A stretch of 64,000 nt of DNA, taken from contig NC_058368.1 of NCBI RefSeq assembly GCF_018350175.1, forward strand, positions 54,872,001 to 54,936,000. The letters run 5' to 3'. The first letter of the stretch is position 1, and each line of letters starts with the position of its first letter. The notes below the pieces were generated by a model. The model searched no databases, was not told the DNA's origin, and saw only the letters and a list, made by a program, of their open reading frames with translations. The position numbers and the translations under genes are program-made. This DNA comes from Felis catus. Taxonomy: Eukaryota. Shown here in pieces: positions 39,171 through 52,354 of the stretch.

Positions 39171-39532
39171 TACATCCTACAGACATTTAAAGATGTTTTG
39201 AGAATTCAAATTGAAGAATATTTTCAAACACATTCTGAGATATTCTGTGGCTCTCAGAACAAAGAGATACCAGCAATCACACATGGAATATTTCATTTCC
39301 AGTACAAATAGTGGAAATTTGGTCTACAAGGACTGTGGTAAAAGTGACACTAAGCTTCTAGACTCTTCTATAGCAATGCAAAGCACTGGAAGAACCATCA
39401 CCTCTTGAGACAAATGTGTATGTATAAAGGATAATTGGTAGTGTGGCTATGAAACCTAGGCCAACATAAACCATCAGTAATAACTGGGAAATTATTTAAA
39501 TATTGTGTATTTAATATTTGAGTTAGGTCTTA

Positions 39533-39558
39533 TTTAAAGTTTACTTATTTTTGGGGGG

Positions 39559-39590
<32 letters not shown>

Positions 39591-39849
39591 GAGAGAGAGA
39601 AAGCATGTGCCCAAGCAAGCAGGGGAGAGAGAGAGAGAGAGAGAGGGGCAGAAGGAGGGAGAGAGCATGTGCCCGAGTGAGCAGGGGAGGAGGCAGAGGG
39701 AGGGAGGGAGGGAGAGAGAGAATCCCGAGCAGGCTCCATGCTGTCAGCATGAAGCCCCACACCAGGCTCAATTTCACAAATCGTAAGGTCATGACCTGAG
39801 CCGAAACCAAGAGTTGGATGCTTAACCAACTAAGCCACCCAGGCACCCC
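39533..39849 (-). mobile_element. Can-SINE with internal duplication of the (CT)n-linker region
   Basis: TSD agtta(g/a)gtcttat; block agcatgtgccc..agcaggggag present twice. Confidence 0.93.
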
Positions 39850-40667
39850 AGTTAAGTCTTATACTTAAGACAGTAAGGAAAACTTTTGTGTCTATAACTT
39901 TATGTGTTAGTGCATTAGAAAAGTGGCTGATAATCTCTACTTTCACCAGAGTATGGAGTAGAAAAGACTACCCTTTTTGAGAAATTATAAAGATAATAGG
40001 ATGAAAAACAAGCAATATTTAGAAATTATAACAAAATAGATGGATAAAATTATGGGATGAATTAAATAAGCTACTTCAAATGAAGATACATTTGAAAGTA
40101 AGTACATCACAATGTTTATGAAAGACACATATTCCTTAATATCTTTTAAAATGTACATTTCAGTGATTATGATTCCTAGAAATAAGTTGGCACTGATAGG
40201 TGGAAACTCTAATTGTATTATATAGAAGTTGCCCAATTGAGTGGGAGCAAGGATATGAGCCTAGGAGTCCCATGAATGTGTTTTATGCCCATGTGTTGTG
40301 CTCTGTGCTAAGTTTTTTATTAAGATTGTGTTGCTTTAAGGTTGTGATATTCATGGAAACCACAGAATATGTCTACATAAGTTAGCAGTACTGGGATACT
40401 TTTGATCATAAGAGAAATATATTTATTGGAAGCATTAATTATAAGATAAAGTTTTAGTACATATTAAGTCAGTTAACTAATGGAAAATTGTATAGGTCAT
40501 AAAGATACTATAAAACATAAAAATATAGATGAGACACAAGAGTAAGACCAGTTCGGAACACAGCTGAAGAAGGGAAAGGTTAATAAAAATTAGAATGCAT
40601 AGGTGTTATTTCCCTTTATCTTGGTTATAAGAGTCCCTCAAAATATTAGTATTATTACAATGGGAAT

Positions 40668-40888
40668 TTTTTTTATTTTTTTTTTAAAGTTTACTCATTT
40701 TTGAGAGACAGAGAGAGAAAGAGTATGAGCAGGGAAGGGGCAGAGAGAGGGAGACACAGAATCTGAAGCAGGCTCCAGGCTCTGAGCTGTCAGCACAGAG
40801 CCCGACGCAGGGCTCGAACTCACAAACTGTGAGATCATGACCTGAGCTGATGTCGGACGCTCAACTGACTGAGCCACCCAGGCGCCCC
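40668..40888 (-). mobile_element. Can-SINE
   Basis: TSD tacaatgggaat. Confidence 0.96.
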
Positions 40889-41550
40889 ATACAATGGGAA
40901 TATTAACATTCATTCAAATAGAGTAAATAGCTATCAGAGAGACAGCAAACATGGACTAGTTATCTCTATTTTGACAGAAAACAGGATAGAGGTTTGGAAG
41001 TTTGTCCAGTTGTCAGAAGGTGAAATGTATAAGGAAACATTGTAGGTTGTAAATAGTAGGGATTACACTGTTCAAGGATTTCTGGGGAAGAGTTGTGTCT
41101 TAGGGCATCTTTGGTATTTTAGTTTTTAGGGCGATATGTAGTCAGTCCATGAGTAAACTGTCCAGATTTCCACACCTATTTTACCTACTAGATTTTGCTC
41201 CATAGAAGATGACTCTAATTCTGGGATATGATAGAAGTCACTCTTCTTCTCTGGTGGCATTGATGATTTGGCTTAAATGTCAGAAATTGTATGAGTCAGC
41301 TGTCTTATATTTCCTGGCCCTCTGACTTTTAGGGTATAGAGCTTGTCCAACAGTGTTGGGAGATTTATAGGAAAATCTGATTTCCAAATTTTTAGTTGAT
41401 TCACCTTATGACTATAGGAAGCAAAATACAAGATACCAAGGAATTCTTAGCATAACTTTACTGCGCACCCCAAACTTCATGGCACCCAGACTGTGCCCAA
41501 TTACCCTTTGGAAACTTGTCAAGGGAAATGGATTTTAAGAATAAATTTAA

Positions 41551-41760
41551 GGGTCATCTGGGTGGCTCACCCAGATGCCTAGGTTAGGCATCTGACTCTT
41601 GATTCCAGCTCAGGTCATGAACTCATGGTTTGTGAGTTCAAGCCTGCATCAGGCTCCATGCTGATGGACAGCCTGCTAGGGATTCCCTGTCTCCCTGTCT
41701 CTCTGTCCCTCCCACGTGCTCTCTCTCTCTTTCTCAAAGTAAATAAATTAAAAAAAAAAA
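41551..41760 (+). mobile_element. Can-SINE with fold-back insertion in the A box
   Basis: Head gggtcatctgggtggctca, then non-consensus cccagatgccta, then ggttaggcatctgactctt. Confidence 0.92.
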
Positions 41761-42443
41761 AGTTCAAGAATCTCATAATATTTTAAAAGTAATCTTATTA
41801 GTTTTTACTTAGGTATGTCTCACTATCAATAATCAACTTATCTATTAACATTTTAAAATTGTGTTATATTTTCATGTTTTAAAACATCACCTTTTATTTG
41901 ATAAGTAAAATGCAGGTTTCTAAAATAAGATTTAGTAACATCTTCTGGATATGATTTTAGTCTGTTAAGAGAAATAAAGTAAATTGGAATGGTATACTTA
42001 GGCTAATTTCAAAGATTATTTTCTTTTCTCTTTGTCATGTTTAACCTGACAGCAAAAAAAATCAGCTAAGTTGTCTTGACCTTCCAAGTATTAATTGGAA
42101 ATTTACTTCAAGGTTTCTCTACAAAAGTTTGGCTAAGAACATGTTTTAAACTTTAGTTTTTACTAATATTAAGGAATTTATGAATATGACTTCCCATGAC
42201 ATTGAGAAATTCAAATTTTCAAAATTCCAAAAAAGCATGAAACATATATCACATGAAATGGTAAGAAAACATGCTGGCTGAAAATAAAACTAACGCAAAT
42301 TTTAGAGTTTACTTATTATTTTAGTTATTCAGAAGGAAAAAATATGCACTCCTCATTCTTAGAAAATAAGTCTTATATTTGTTGGATAATACTCAATATT
42401 AAATTTTGAAGTGGATTTTAGATTAATACAATTAGATGTTTTT

Positions 42444-42662
42444 TTTAAATTTTTTTTTTCAACATTTATTTATTTTTGGGACAGAGAGAGACAGAGCGTG
42501 AACAGGGGAGGGGCAGAGCGAGAGGGAGACACAGAATCGGAAACAGGCTCCAGGCTCTGAGCCATCAGCCCAGAGCCCGACGCGGGGCTCGAACTAAGGG
42601 ACCGCGAGATCGTGACCTGGCTGAAGTCGGACGCTTAACCGACTGTGCCACCCAGGCGCCCC
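42444..42662 (-). mobile_element. Young SINEC_Fc
   Basis: CpG-intact; TSD caattagatgttttt. Confidence 0.97.
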
Positions 42663-42714
42663 CAATTAGATGTTTTTATAAGGAAACAAGAACTGGGGGG
42701 CAGATTGCTCGACT

Positions 42715-42900
42715 GAGGGATGGTTAACAACAGAGCCTCTGGAGTAGACAGCCAAAGATGGAATCCCAGTTGCACCACCATGCTGGTGTTCAAGTCTACA
42801 AATGGATAATTATTTCATAAAGCTTTTGTAAGGATTAAAGGAATTAAAAAAAAACTAAGTGATAACAGTGGCTAACATACAGGAGAAAAGTAGTCTGCAA
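42715..42900 (+). mobile_element. MIR remnant
   Basis: ggttaacaacagagcctctggagtagacagcc...gaatcccag...ttttgtaaggattaaag...acagtggctaacatacag. Confidence 0.65.
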
Positions 42901-43512
42901 AATTGTTATAAGAATCATTCCCACCCACCACCACTTAAATACCTTCTCCTATTATGACCCTTGAAAGATAACAGCTTAGTTCAAATTGATAATATATATG
43001 AAAAACTAATGAGGCTACTTGTCTGTCTCTTGAAACAAATTAAATCCAAAGGGAATATTCCATTTTAAATAAATCTTAATGATGTATTTCAAAGAAGAAA
43101 AGATTCTGCTCTGTTAATATCTCCAAGAAATTTGACTGAATAGCTATTTTACAACTTAGCCTGTGTAGGAATGTTAATTTTAATTTTTAGAACTGTAGAA
43201 AATTATGAGACTATTCAAGCTTTATAAAATATTCATTATAAGACTTCTACATTGGCTGTTGAGGCTTTCTTAAGTTTTCATCGAACTGTTTCCCATTAAG
43301 CTATAGAAATGCCTGCATAAGCCTTAGATACATATGCATGTGAATGACAGAAATATAGCATGAATGTCAATTATTAAAACACTATGGTGATTGTAATCCA
43401 TTTAAGTGTTTACTTCTAGTTATTAAGCATGCTTAATCATTCTTTGTTCTTTTATTTAGGGTCACTGTAACTATTGTCTCTACTTAATCTTCTCATAAAT
43501 ATTTCCAGCAGT

Positions 43513-43637
43513 GGGATGCCTGGGTGGCTCAGTCAGGTAAGCATCTGGCTCTTTATTTCAGCTCAGGTCATTATCTCATGGTCATGGGATTGCGCCCTGT
43601 GTTGGGCTCTGTGCTGAGTGTGGAGCCTGCTTGGGAT

Positions 43638-43674
<37 letters not shown>

Positions 43675-43769
43675 TTCTGCCCCTCTCCTGCTCACATGCA
43701 TGCTTATGCTCTCTCTCTCTCTAAATACATACATACATACATACATATATACATAAACACATAAAAAAA
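43513..43769 (+). mobile_element. Can-SINE with (TACA)n tail
   Basis: TSD tttccagcag. Confidence 0.93.
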
Positions 43770-43902
43770 GTTTCCAGCAGCAATATATTAAGTATAGTTT
43801 GCTAGTCACTCATTGAACCTGATGTTATTACTGATGATCAATACTCAGCCTGCACTAAACGTGGAGATTCATTTGTGAACATGTATTAAAACCAAATATC
43901 AT

Positions 43903-44113
43903 GTTTATTTATTTTTCAATGTTTATTTATTTTGAGAGAGAGAGAGACAGAGAGAGCAAGCACATGAGCCGGGTAGGGACAGAGAGAGAGGAGAGAAAGA
44001 GAATCCCAAGCATAAGAGCCTGATGCCAGGCTGGATCTCACGAACTGTGAGATCATGATCTGAGCTGAAATCAAGAGTCAGATGTTTAACCAACTGAGCC
44101 ACCCCAGTGCCCC
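43903..44113 (-). mobile_element. Can-SINE (older subfamily)
   Basis: TSD ccaaatatcat. Confidence 0.93.
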
Positions 44114-44167
44114 TAAATCCAAATATCATTTAATAAAGGAATCTTTAAGGGATTATGGTTTAAAATT

Positions 44168-44376
44168 ATTTTTAACGTTTATTTATTTTTGAGACAGAGA
44201 CAGACAGAACATGAACGGGGGAGGGTCAGAGAGAGAGGGAGACACAGAATCCGAAACAGGCTCCAGGCTCTGAGCTGTCAGCACAGAGCCCGAAGCGGGG
44301 CTCGAACTCACGGACCGCGAGATCATGACCTGAGCCGAAGTCGGACGCCCAACCGACTGAGCCACCCAGGCGCCCC
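44168..44376 (-). mobile_element. Can-SINE (young)
   Basis: Long TSD taagggattatggtttaaaatt; CpG-rich. Confidence 0.97.
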
Positions 44377-44959
44377 TAAGGGATTATGGTTTAAAATTGG
44401 ATGAATATACTTTCTTTTACTAAGGACCATAATGAAAGTAAAAGGAAGAAAGAGATTCTACTTGTGTTCAAGTGCTCAACATTTTAGCAAACCTTTAATT
44501 TTATAAATTCAAACTGCCAAGAAATCTAGGCTGAGATATGATCTCTAGTTTAGTGGTTGAAGAGTTATTTCTTGACTGTGAGCAGTGACTTTGGTATTTG
44601 TTGTCCCTTTATAGCATAAGAAATATACAAAAATTCTCTAGCCTAGAGTCTATCATAATTTTTTCTCACATATTTCTACTTCAGAACTGGGGAAATAACC
44701 ACAGAATAAGTTTGGGGGGTCTACTGTACGACTCCCAAAGTCGTACAGTACAGTCGTTTTCTTGTTGTGAGAAAAACCTGAGCTGTAAGTCCATTGGTCA
44801 CCTCCACAAGCCCCTAGTCTCATGGGTGGACCACGAAGGCATTTTGGGTTTCCTGGAATAAAGTGTTGGTTCAGAGCCCGTGTACAAAAATCCCCTAAAG
44901 TCTGATGATTTCCTTTTTCCCAATGCACAGTCACCCTGGTAAAGGCCTGTAGAACTGTA

Positions 44960-46430
44960 GTATAGATTTATGTATCTTTCTTGGTGCTCTCTGAACTTCC
45001 TAGATATGTAGTTTGGTGTCTGGTATTAATTTTGCAAAGTTTTCTGATACTACTTCTTAGAATATTTCTTTTTCTTACCCTTTTTCTTACCCTTTTTCTT
45101 ACCCTTTTTCTTACCCTTTTTGTATTCTAATTATGCATATGCTACATCCTTTGATATTGCCCCATAGTTATTTTCTGTTCTTTTTATTTTTATTATTCAT
45201 TCTCTTTCTGTTGTAGTTTTTGACTTTGTATTGACCTGTATTCAACTTAACTGATATTTTTCTTGGCATGTTAAGTCAACTACTGAGTCTATCAAAGGTA
45301 TTCTCCATTTCTGTTACTTTTTAAAAATATGTAACATTTTCTTTGTTTATTTCTTAGAGTTTCTAACTCTCTGCTTACACAATCAGTTCTTGAATGCTGT
45401 CTATGTTTTCCATTAGAACCTATAGTAATGCATCAATCACACTTATTTTAAATTCCCCAAATGATAATTCCATCAGCATCATATTTGAGTATTGTTCTGA
45501 TGATTGCTTTTTCTTCATACTCTGCTTTTTCTTGCCTTTTGTAATGTCTTTTAAGTTGTTGTGCTTCTCTATAAGTTGATGTTTGGTAGGAGTTTGTGAC
45601 TTACAGTTCTTTCAGCTGACATACACTGTTACCCTGGAGTTGCCTTGACAAGGTGGTGTAGTGTGTTCAGGAGGGTTGAGAACAGTGGGGAATGATCTCT
45701 AGTTTTGCAATTAGAATCCTCCAATCCTCCAAAGTTGCCCAGACTTCAGTGGTTCTATACTTTGAAACTGGCCTTAAGGAGTGTCTCTGATCCTCTCCCC
45801 TCTGCTCCCCTCTTATAGAGCTTTTATTTCCTCTTGCCTCATACTCCCTACCTATCCTGTCTACAGCTTTCCCAGTCCCTTTCCTTTGATCCACAGTCCC
45901 TATTGACAAGGTTTCTCTATCCTTGTAGGTTAGATAGGAAGCTTGGAGGGGACTTGAGTGGGAAGGAATTCCTATACACCTGCTGATATAAGTTTTCAGA
46001 ACTGTGCTCTGATAAAATCCTTTATTCCTATAGAGTAGACGTGCTACAGAGAAGTTTCTAGGCATGTTTTACAATGGCTACTCTTCCCCTCCGATTGCCA
46101 TAAGGGGATCTTTCTTGGATCCTCACTATGAGAACCTGGTGGGTTCTTTGAGCGAAAGCCCAAAAACATATGTGGTGGCCCCCTAGGAATTTCTCACTGT
46201 ACTCTAATTCACACCCAGTCTCCAGCAATTCCTCAAATAAGCAGTTGCTGCTTCTCTCTGGATGTACTTCTCTCTCATATTTTGAGATGGGGGTTACCCT
46301 GCAACCTAAATTTGTTGATGAGCCCAAGAAAGTGCTATTTTCTTAGTTTTTCCAAACTTTCTTGCTGTAAAGACAAAGTCATAGTATCTAAGCTCTTTAT
46401 CTATTCAATCTGATGCTGGAAGTACTTCCT
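44960..46430 (-). mobile_element. Old L1M (ORF1 and 5' region, antisense)
   Basis: ggtgctctctgaacttcctagatatgtagtttggtgtctggtattaattttg...ctactgagtctatcaaaggtattctccatttctgttac resembles L1MC/MD antisense. Confidence 0.75.
45069..45121. repeat. 12-bp tandem repeat (tttttcttaccc) x4
   Basis: Four perfect units inside the L1 remnant. Confidence 0.92.
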
Positions 46431-46697
46431 CAATCTCTAAACTGTGGTTTAATACAGGGTTAATTCTTTGTTCTTTTCATCATTACCAACACATACTTCC
46501 TGGGGGAGCCCATTTATGCCATCATTACAAATGCTATCTAGATTCTAGAAATTCCTAAACATATAGTTTCATCACAAAATAACTCATGTGATGAAAACTC
46601 ATAGATCCAAATACAAAATTAATTTTATATGGGTGTGTCATGTAGTCACCTCAAATTCAACACGTGTAAACCAGAGTATCTGAGTTACAAAATTTCC

Positions 46698-46897
46698 TTT
46701 TTTTAATTTTTTAAATGTTTATTCATTTTTTGATAGAGACAGAGCATGAGTGGGGAAGGGGCAGAGAGAGAGGGAGGCACAGAATCTGAAGCAGGCTCCA
46801 GGCTCTGAACTGACAGCACAGAGCTGGACCCGGGGCTGGAACTCACCAACTATGAGATCATGACCTGAGCTGAAGTCGGATGCTTAACCGACTGAGC
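46698..46897 (-). mobile_element. Can-SINE lacking its first ~15 bp
   Basis: Ends tgcttaaccgactgagc without the ccacccaggcgcccc head. Confidence 0.93.
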
Positions 46898-46899
46898 TT

Positions 46900-47290
46900 A
46901 ATCAGTATATGCCTGGCATCCTTTTCACACTGTTCAAACAGGGTAGATTCTTTCCCAGCTCAGCACAATTGCCCTTAAGCTAGTGATTCTTGAAACCGTC
47001 TGTCTTCCTTGTTAACATTGCTATCTCCATCCCCTCCTTCAAATCTCACCTCAGATATAACTTTCTCTGAGAGGCTATCCAAAATCTTCATATCTAAAGT
47101 AATTCAATTTCTCCAATCCCTCCTCAGTAATAAATGTCACATCACCCCATTTACCCACTTCATAAAACTTACCACAATTTGCATTTATGTTCTTTCCATA
47201 TTTGCCTACCCGCATATTGCTTTGTTTTGCTCTATTATGATTTAAAATTCAAGAAAAAGTTACTGAATTAATAAGTATGTGAAAGAATTA
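46900..47290 (+). mobile_element. L2 remnant
   Basis: ccttcaaatctcacctcagatataactttctctgagaggctatcc...cataaaacttaccacaattt. Confidence 0.55.
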
Positions 47291-48619
47291 ATTTATGTAA
47301 AATCAAGATGAGAAATAACCTCACTTAAACCCTTTAATTTATAGGGTAAAAAACTGATGCTTAAAGTATTTAATGGATTTTATCAGAGGAAAAGAACAAA
47401 TCGTTTTAGAGACACAACTACAAAGAAAGTCTACTACTAAACTGTTTTATGTCTGCACTCCTCCAGTATTTTTCTAACTTCGCATCATTGTAACTGACAA
47501 TTTGTACTCAAGTGTCACTTTCCTGTCACTATAAGTCATACTTCCAAAATCTGTAATTTTACCTTTTACATATACGTTAGCAATGTTTTAGATTTTTCAG
47601 TATAACTCCATAGTACCTTGTTCATATTATAAAAAGTATTTTTGTGTATCATTTTATTTTATTAAACTAAAATTGTATGTTTTGTCTACTTACGTGTTGT
47701 TGACTGCCTTATATCACTGGCACAAACTTATCTCTTATGTTTTTCTTGCCCTTTGTTTTCCTCAAAACTGTCATCAATTTGCCCTTCGGTCTAATAATGG
47801 TTTGGGGGAAGGAGGCACTCGCTTAATATATAAGATGAAATCTAGATAATGGTCTGCACTACAGAAACTGAGATTGTGTGTACATACAATCCAGGAGGTG
47901 ATTTGAATACACACTGCCATATTGGATAATTTTCTACTCCTTATACACAAAGGAGATCCATGATTGTAAAGCTACAATGGGTCAACTAAAGGAGTCACGT
48001 TCCTATTCCACTGAAGTTTTTTTGCATTATCTAAGAGCAGTTTTTCAGATGAGGGATGAAAAAGGCTCTTACTGGTATTTGGCATCTTGTAGAAAAAAAA
48101 AATCAATCAACCATATTCTGAGCTTGCTAATTAATAACAAACTTATTCTCTTAATAACAAACATACTGCATTTTGCTTCTTTAGTTTTCTTGCTTCTTTA
48201 GCTAGTCATGATTTATTGGATCCCTAAAGGAAGGCATTGTGCTAAATTCTTCTCTCTGCAATGTCTTTATGTATAAAACAGAGTTTGTTTTATTACTATA
48301 ACTTGTAAATCACAAAACTGATAGTAGGAAGAAGTTCGATATTTTTTTTTACCATGTTTGAATGACTGTGTCAACCATTCGCCATGAGGTAATCTCTTTT
48401 CATGAACTTCATAACTCAAGTAATATCTCAGAAAAAAAAAGATCTGTCTAACTAGTTTGCTACTTCACATATATTATTAGAATAAATAACTTTAGGTTGC
48501 CTGATTAAGAGTATGGTTTTACTTTTTCATTGCTAGTGGATGCTTTTCATTCTTTCACCATTTGAATATCCTTTATGTGTTCACAGTGTTTTCCACTTTG
48601 CAAATTTCACCTCAAGAAA

Positions 48620-49005
48620 GAACCTATGCATTTGCTTTCCCAGAATACCATGCACTTATGACACAGGCATGCGATCTGTGTTCAGCCTACATGAGAGATT
48701 TCAGTTTCAAAGGGAGTGACATGAAGAAAGAGGTATCATTTGTGGTATCAGCTGAGGAAGAGTGGGGGTCAGAGACACATCAATTTACAGAAGGAGAGAT
48801 ACCCCATACCCAGTCTTGACAAAGCTGGTTCTATATGATCCTAAAAGAAGGCGGCTGGACTTATGAACTATTTGTACCACAGTTTCTGGCTATGCATTCT
48901 ACAAACCTGATCCCCTGTACTTCCAAAGTTTCTCCACCCTACAGAATATCCTTTAATACATCTTTTTTTTTTTTTTTGCTGCTTTAAGTAGCCTAGAATA
49001 GTTGA
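48620..49005 (+). mobile_element. Probable decayed MaLR (MLT1-type) LTR
   Basis: gacacaggcatgcgatctg...aatacatcttttttt...gctttaagtagcctagaatagttg resembles an MLT1 3' end. Confidence 0.45.
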
Positions 49006-49879
49006 TTTTAAGTATGAACTTTGTTCATACTTGGTAAAAATTTTAGTCCTTTTTTTCCATACATACTAAGTAAAAAACATGGCTACAACTAAAGGGAGTT
49101 ATCATTTGAGGAAAACAATAACATTTGCTACAGTATATATTAAACACATAAATTTCCTACACTACTTATAGGTTAATAAAATCTTTTGAAGTATATCAAT
49201 TTCAAAATGCTAATTCCATTATTAATGTAACTATATCAAATTTAGGAATAGTACACAAAAGTAAAAAGTTACATGGATAATTTTCTATATATTAAAATGA
49301 AAAAATAGCAAATCCACAAGGTGACATAGTCAAGTAAAATGTTTTATTAGAAATATATGAAATTCATACCTTTTCTCAAAGGACTGAACAAAACTATTTT
49401 CTTATATAAATTCTTAACCTTTCATAATCAACAGAAAAGGGATTGACCTCAGTTTTATGTCAAGTCTCTGTTTCCACTTGGTGTTCAATTAATAGAACAA
49501 AATTGACCAGTCAGCCTCCCCCAAATTACATGCACATTTCATCCTTTTGTTATTTTCTAGAAAAACAAAAGGTAGTGTTTTAATTATTCTGTGCACATAC
49601 TCAGTATGCACAAACTTAATGAAATTCGTAGAATTTGAACTCTAGCTTGAACTCTTTGGGATCATTTAATACAGTTGTTGAAATCTTTTTAAGTTAGAAC
49701 TAATTTGCAGAACTTTCCTTTCACTTTCAATTTCAGTGACAGATCATCAAAATGCTTTGCTTCTTCTCTTAAAAAATATAGAACTAAACACGGGAAATTA
49801 GAGGACAATTTTCATTAGTAACATTTTTCTAAATATTAGCCTAAATTTTAAGCCAATGTTAAATCTTATTAGAAAATCT

Positions 49880-50095
49880 GGGGCACCTGGGTGGCTCAGT
49901 CAGTTAAGAGTCCAACTTCGGCACAGGTTGTGATCTCGGGGGTTCAAGCCCCTTGTCAGACTCTGTGCTGACAGACCAGAGCCTGAAGCCTGCTTCAGAT
50001 TCTGTGTCTCCCGCTCTCTCTGCCCCTCCTCTGCTCATGCTCTGTCTGTCTCTCTCTCAAAAATAAACATTAAAAACATTACATTTATAAAAAAG
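49880..50095 (+). mobile_element. Can-SINE
   Basis: ggggcacctgggtggctcagtcagttaag head, (CT)n, aataaacatt. Confidence 0.95.
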
Positions 50096-51199
50096 AAAAC
50101 ATTAAATGAGTACCATTAAAAAGTTAATAAAAACAAATCTTTTTGTAAGTATATGAATGGGAGACCTCAGTAAAATCAATCACACTTAAAATGTATTTTC
50201 TATTTAAAATGATTACATGTTTATATTTTGAAAAAATATATAAAATTTTTTCCTGATGTACCTACATGGAATTTTATATAGCTTTCCAACTCAAACAGTG
50301 ATACACATAAGTAAAATTTATTATTATGCTATATTTAAAATGGTGACTAGAGAACATATTTTTAAACAAATATAAAAATCTACTATAATTACATCAACAT
50401 AATACTATTTATAGATTATTTAATATTTGAATAGAATTATGTTCAGAATTGTGTATAAAAGCAGATATTTTTCAAATTATCTGAAATTCAGGTCACTGTT
50501 ATCAATTTTAAAGCTGAAAAAACAAATAGCGTTAAGTATGAAATACTTTTCTCAGGGAGGATATGAGGTAAGAGAAATGTAATTTGCATAACTGTGTAAT
50601 AAAGGTTCTATTAGGAACTTTCCATCTAAAATTTTGTTTTCATAATTACCAACAATAATTGAGTTTCTCATAGTTACCTATGCACTCTTGTTCTTCAGCC
50701 TGCCATTTTAAATAAAATCTGACATAAAACTTACCCTAATATCCCCAAACAGAAATGAATGGTTTATCCTGTAACATGGCTTTGTCCATGAAGCTTGTCA
50801 CATACGCTCTTTGAACTGAGTTATTTTGATATATGTTTTTCCAAGAGAATTATGTGTTTTCCACTAGCAATGTTTATATTTTCATGATAATAAGTAGCAG
50901 TATACCATCTAATTCTGTATATGAATAGCTAAGACCTGTGGGTTTCTATGAAGTTAATCCAGGAATAGCATTTTTCCCATCTTGTCTTCAGACTATACCT
51001 TGTTGCAATATTATTTCAGTGCTCATTTATTTGTACTTTCCAAAAGTCATTTTTATAAGCCACAAATAATTATGAAATTAAACACTAAAATGGTTAAAGG
51101 GACTACTTACTCACCCCAAAAAAATTTTTTTTTGACTATACAGTTTTCCATAACAGAAGATAACAAAAATCAATAAGCAAATAATTTAGTTAACAAATT

Positions 51200-51830
51200 G
51201 AATGCCAGTGGCAGATAAATGACTATTTCTAAGCTATACCAGAAGCACTGAAATACTCACCAAAAAAAAAAAAAAATACATAAAAGGAAAAACAAGAAAA
51301 TATATAGAAAATTCATTAAACATCAAATTCAAATTACTGACTCATGAAAATATATTCAAAGTCACAAAGAGTCACAGAAATAAAATGAGGGTGATATTAG
51401 TCATAACCATCACACTGGGAATAAAATTGAAAAAGATAACTTAGTGAGTGTGGGAATGAAGGAATGTAGACACTCCTACCTATTGCTGGTGGACACTTAA
51501 ATTGTAATACGTTTGCAAAAACAATCTGGCGCCATTTTTTAAAATACAATAAGCCCCACACATACACCTACACACCATGAATCCATTATCAGGGTATATT
51601 CATAGAAGTCAAGGACGCAACTATATGCTTACAATGATGCTTAATATGTGTTTTGGAATAATGGTTTAAAAAACAAAATGAAAATAAATGCCCATTAGGG
51701 GTGACTGTATCATAGCACAAACACATTATACACTGTAGATCTTATATTAAAACTCAAACAGTTGACTTACAGGATGAAGAATGGTTGAGTGAGAAAAGTA
51801 AGATCAAGAGACCTATAATCTAATCAATGC
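51200..51830 (+). mobile_element. Decayed old L1 (L1ME-like) 3' region
   Basis: gacactcctacctattgctggtggacacttaaattg...aaaacaatctggc...aaatgcccattagggg. Confidence 0.6.
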
Positions 51831-52354
51831 TGGGAATATTTTTGTGAAACTAACAACGATGAACTTCCTATGTGTGTTTGTGTGTATGTTGAAAATATAA
51901 GACACTCTAGATTCTATTTATGAAGTGCTAACAATAAATGCAATAAGCGGCTTATGTAATCAGAGAAGCTGCTACTAATTTTATGAGCCTGAATTCCCAA
52001 GTTGGTGCTTCACAAAAGCTCAGGTGTGAGCAGCTGTACCTTTTACAACTTTCTATATGATCTTCTATACCTGCAGCCAACAAAAAACCAGCCATTTTTA
52101 AAATATCACGCGAGAACCTCTTATGGTTAGTTTCCCATCTAGAACCCATTTGATAAATGTAGATTTCAGCTTTTCCTCTGGATCAAGAGTTATATGTGCA
52201 TAGAAATGTCACCGAAGGAGTAAACAACATCCCTATGGGCGGCTCATCCATATGGGTGAGATGAACAGGAACTATAAATTGAGAATCAACAAAGAAGAAA
52301 GAAATGGAAAATAGAATAATATAGAAAAATATTTGCTCTAAGAAATCCAGTATA

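Noticed and set aside
46567..46596. 10-bp stem tttcatcaca / tgtgatgaaa
   Set aside because: An AT-rich 10-bp stem with a 10-nt loop is expected by chance in 64 kb, with no independent sign of templating.
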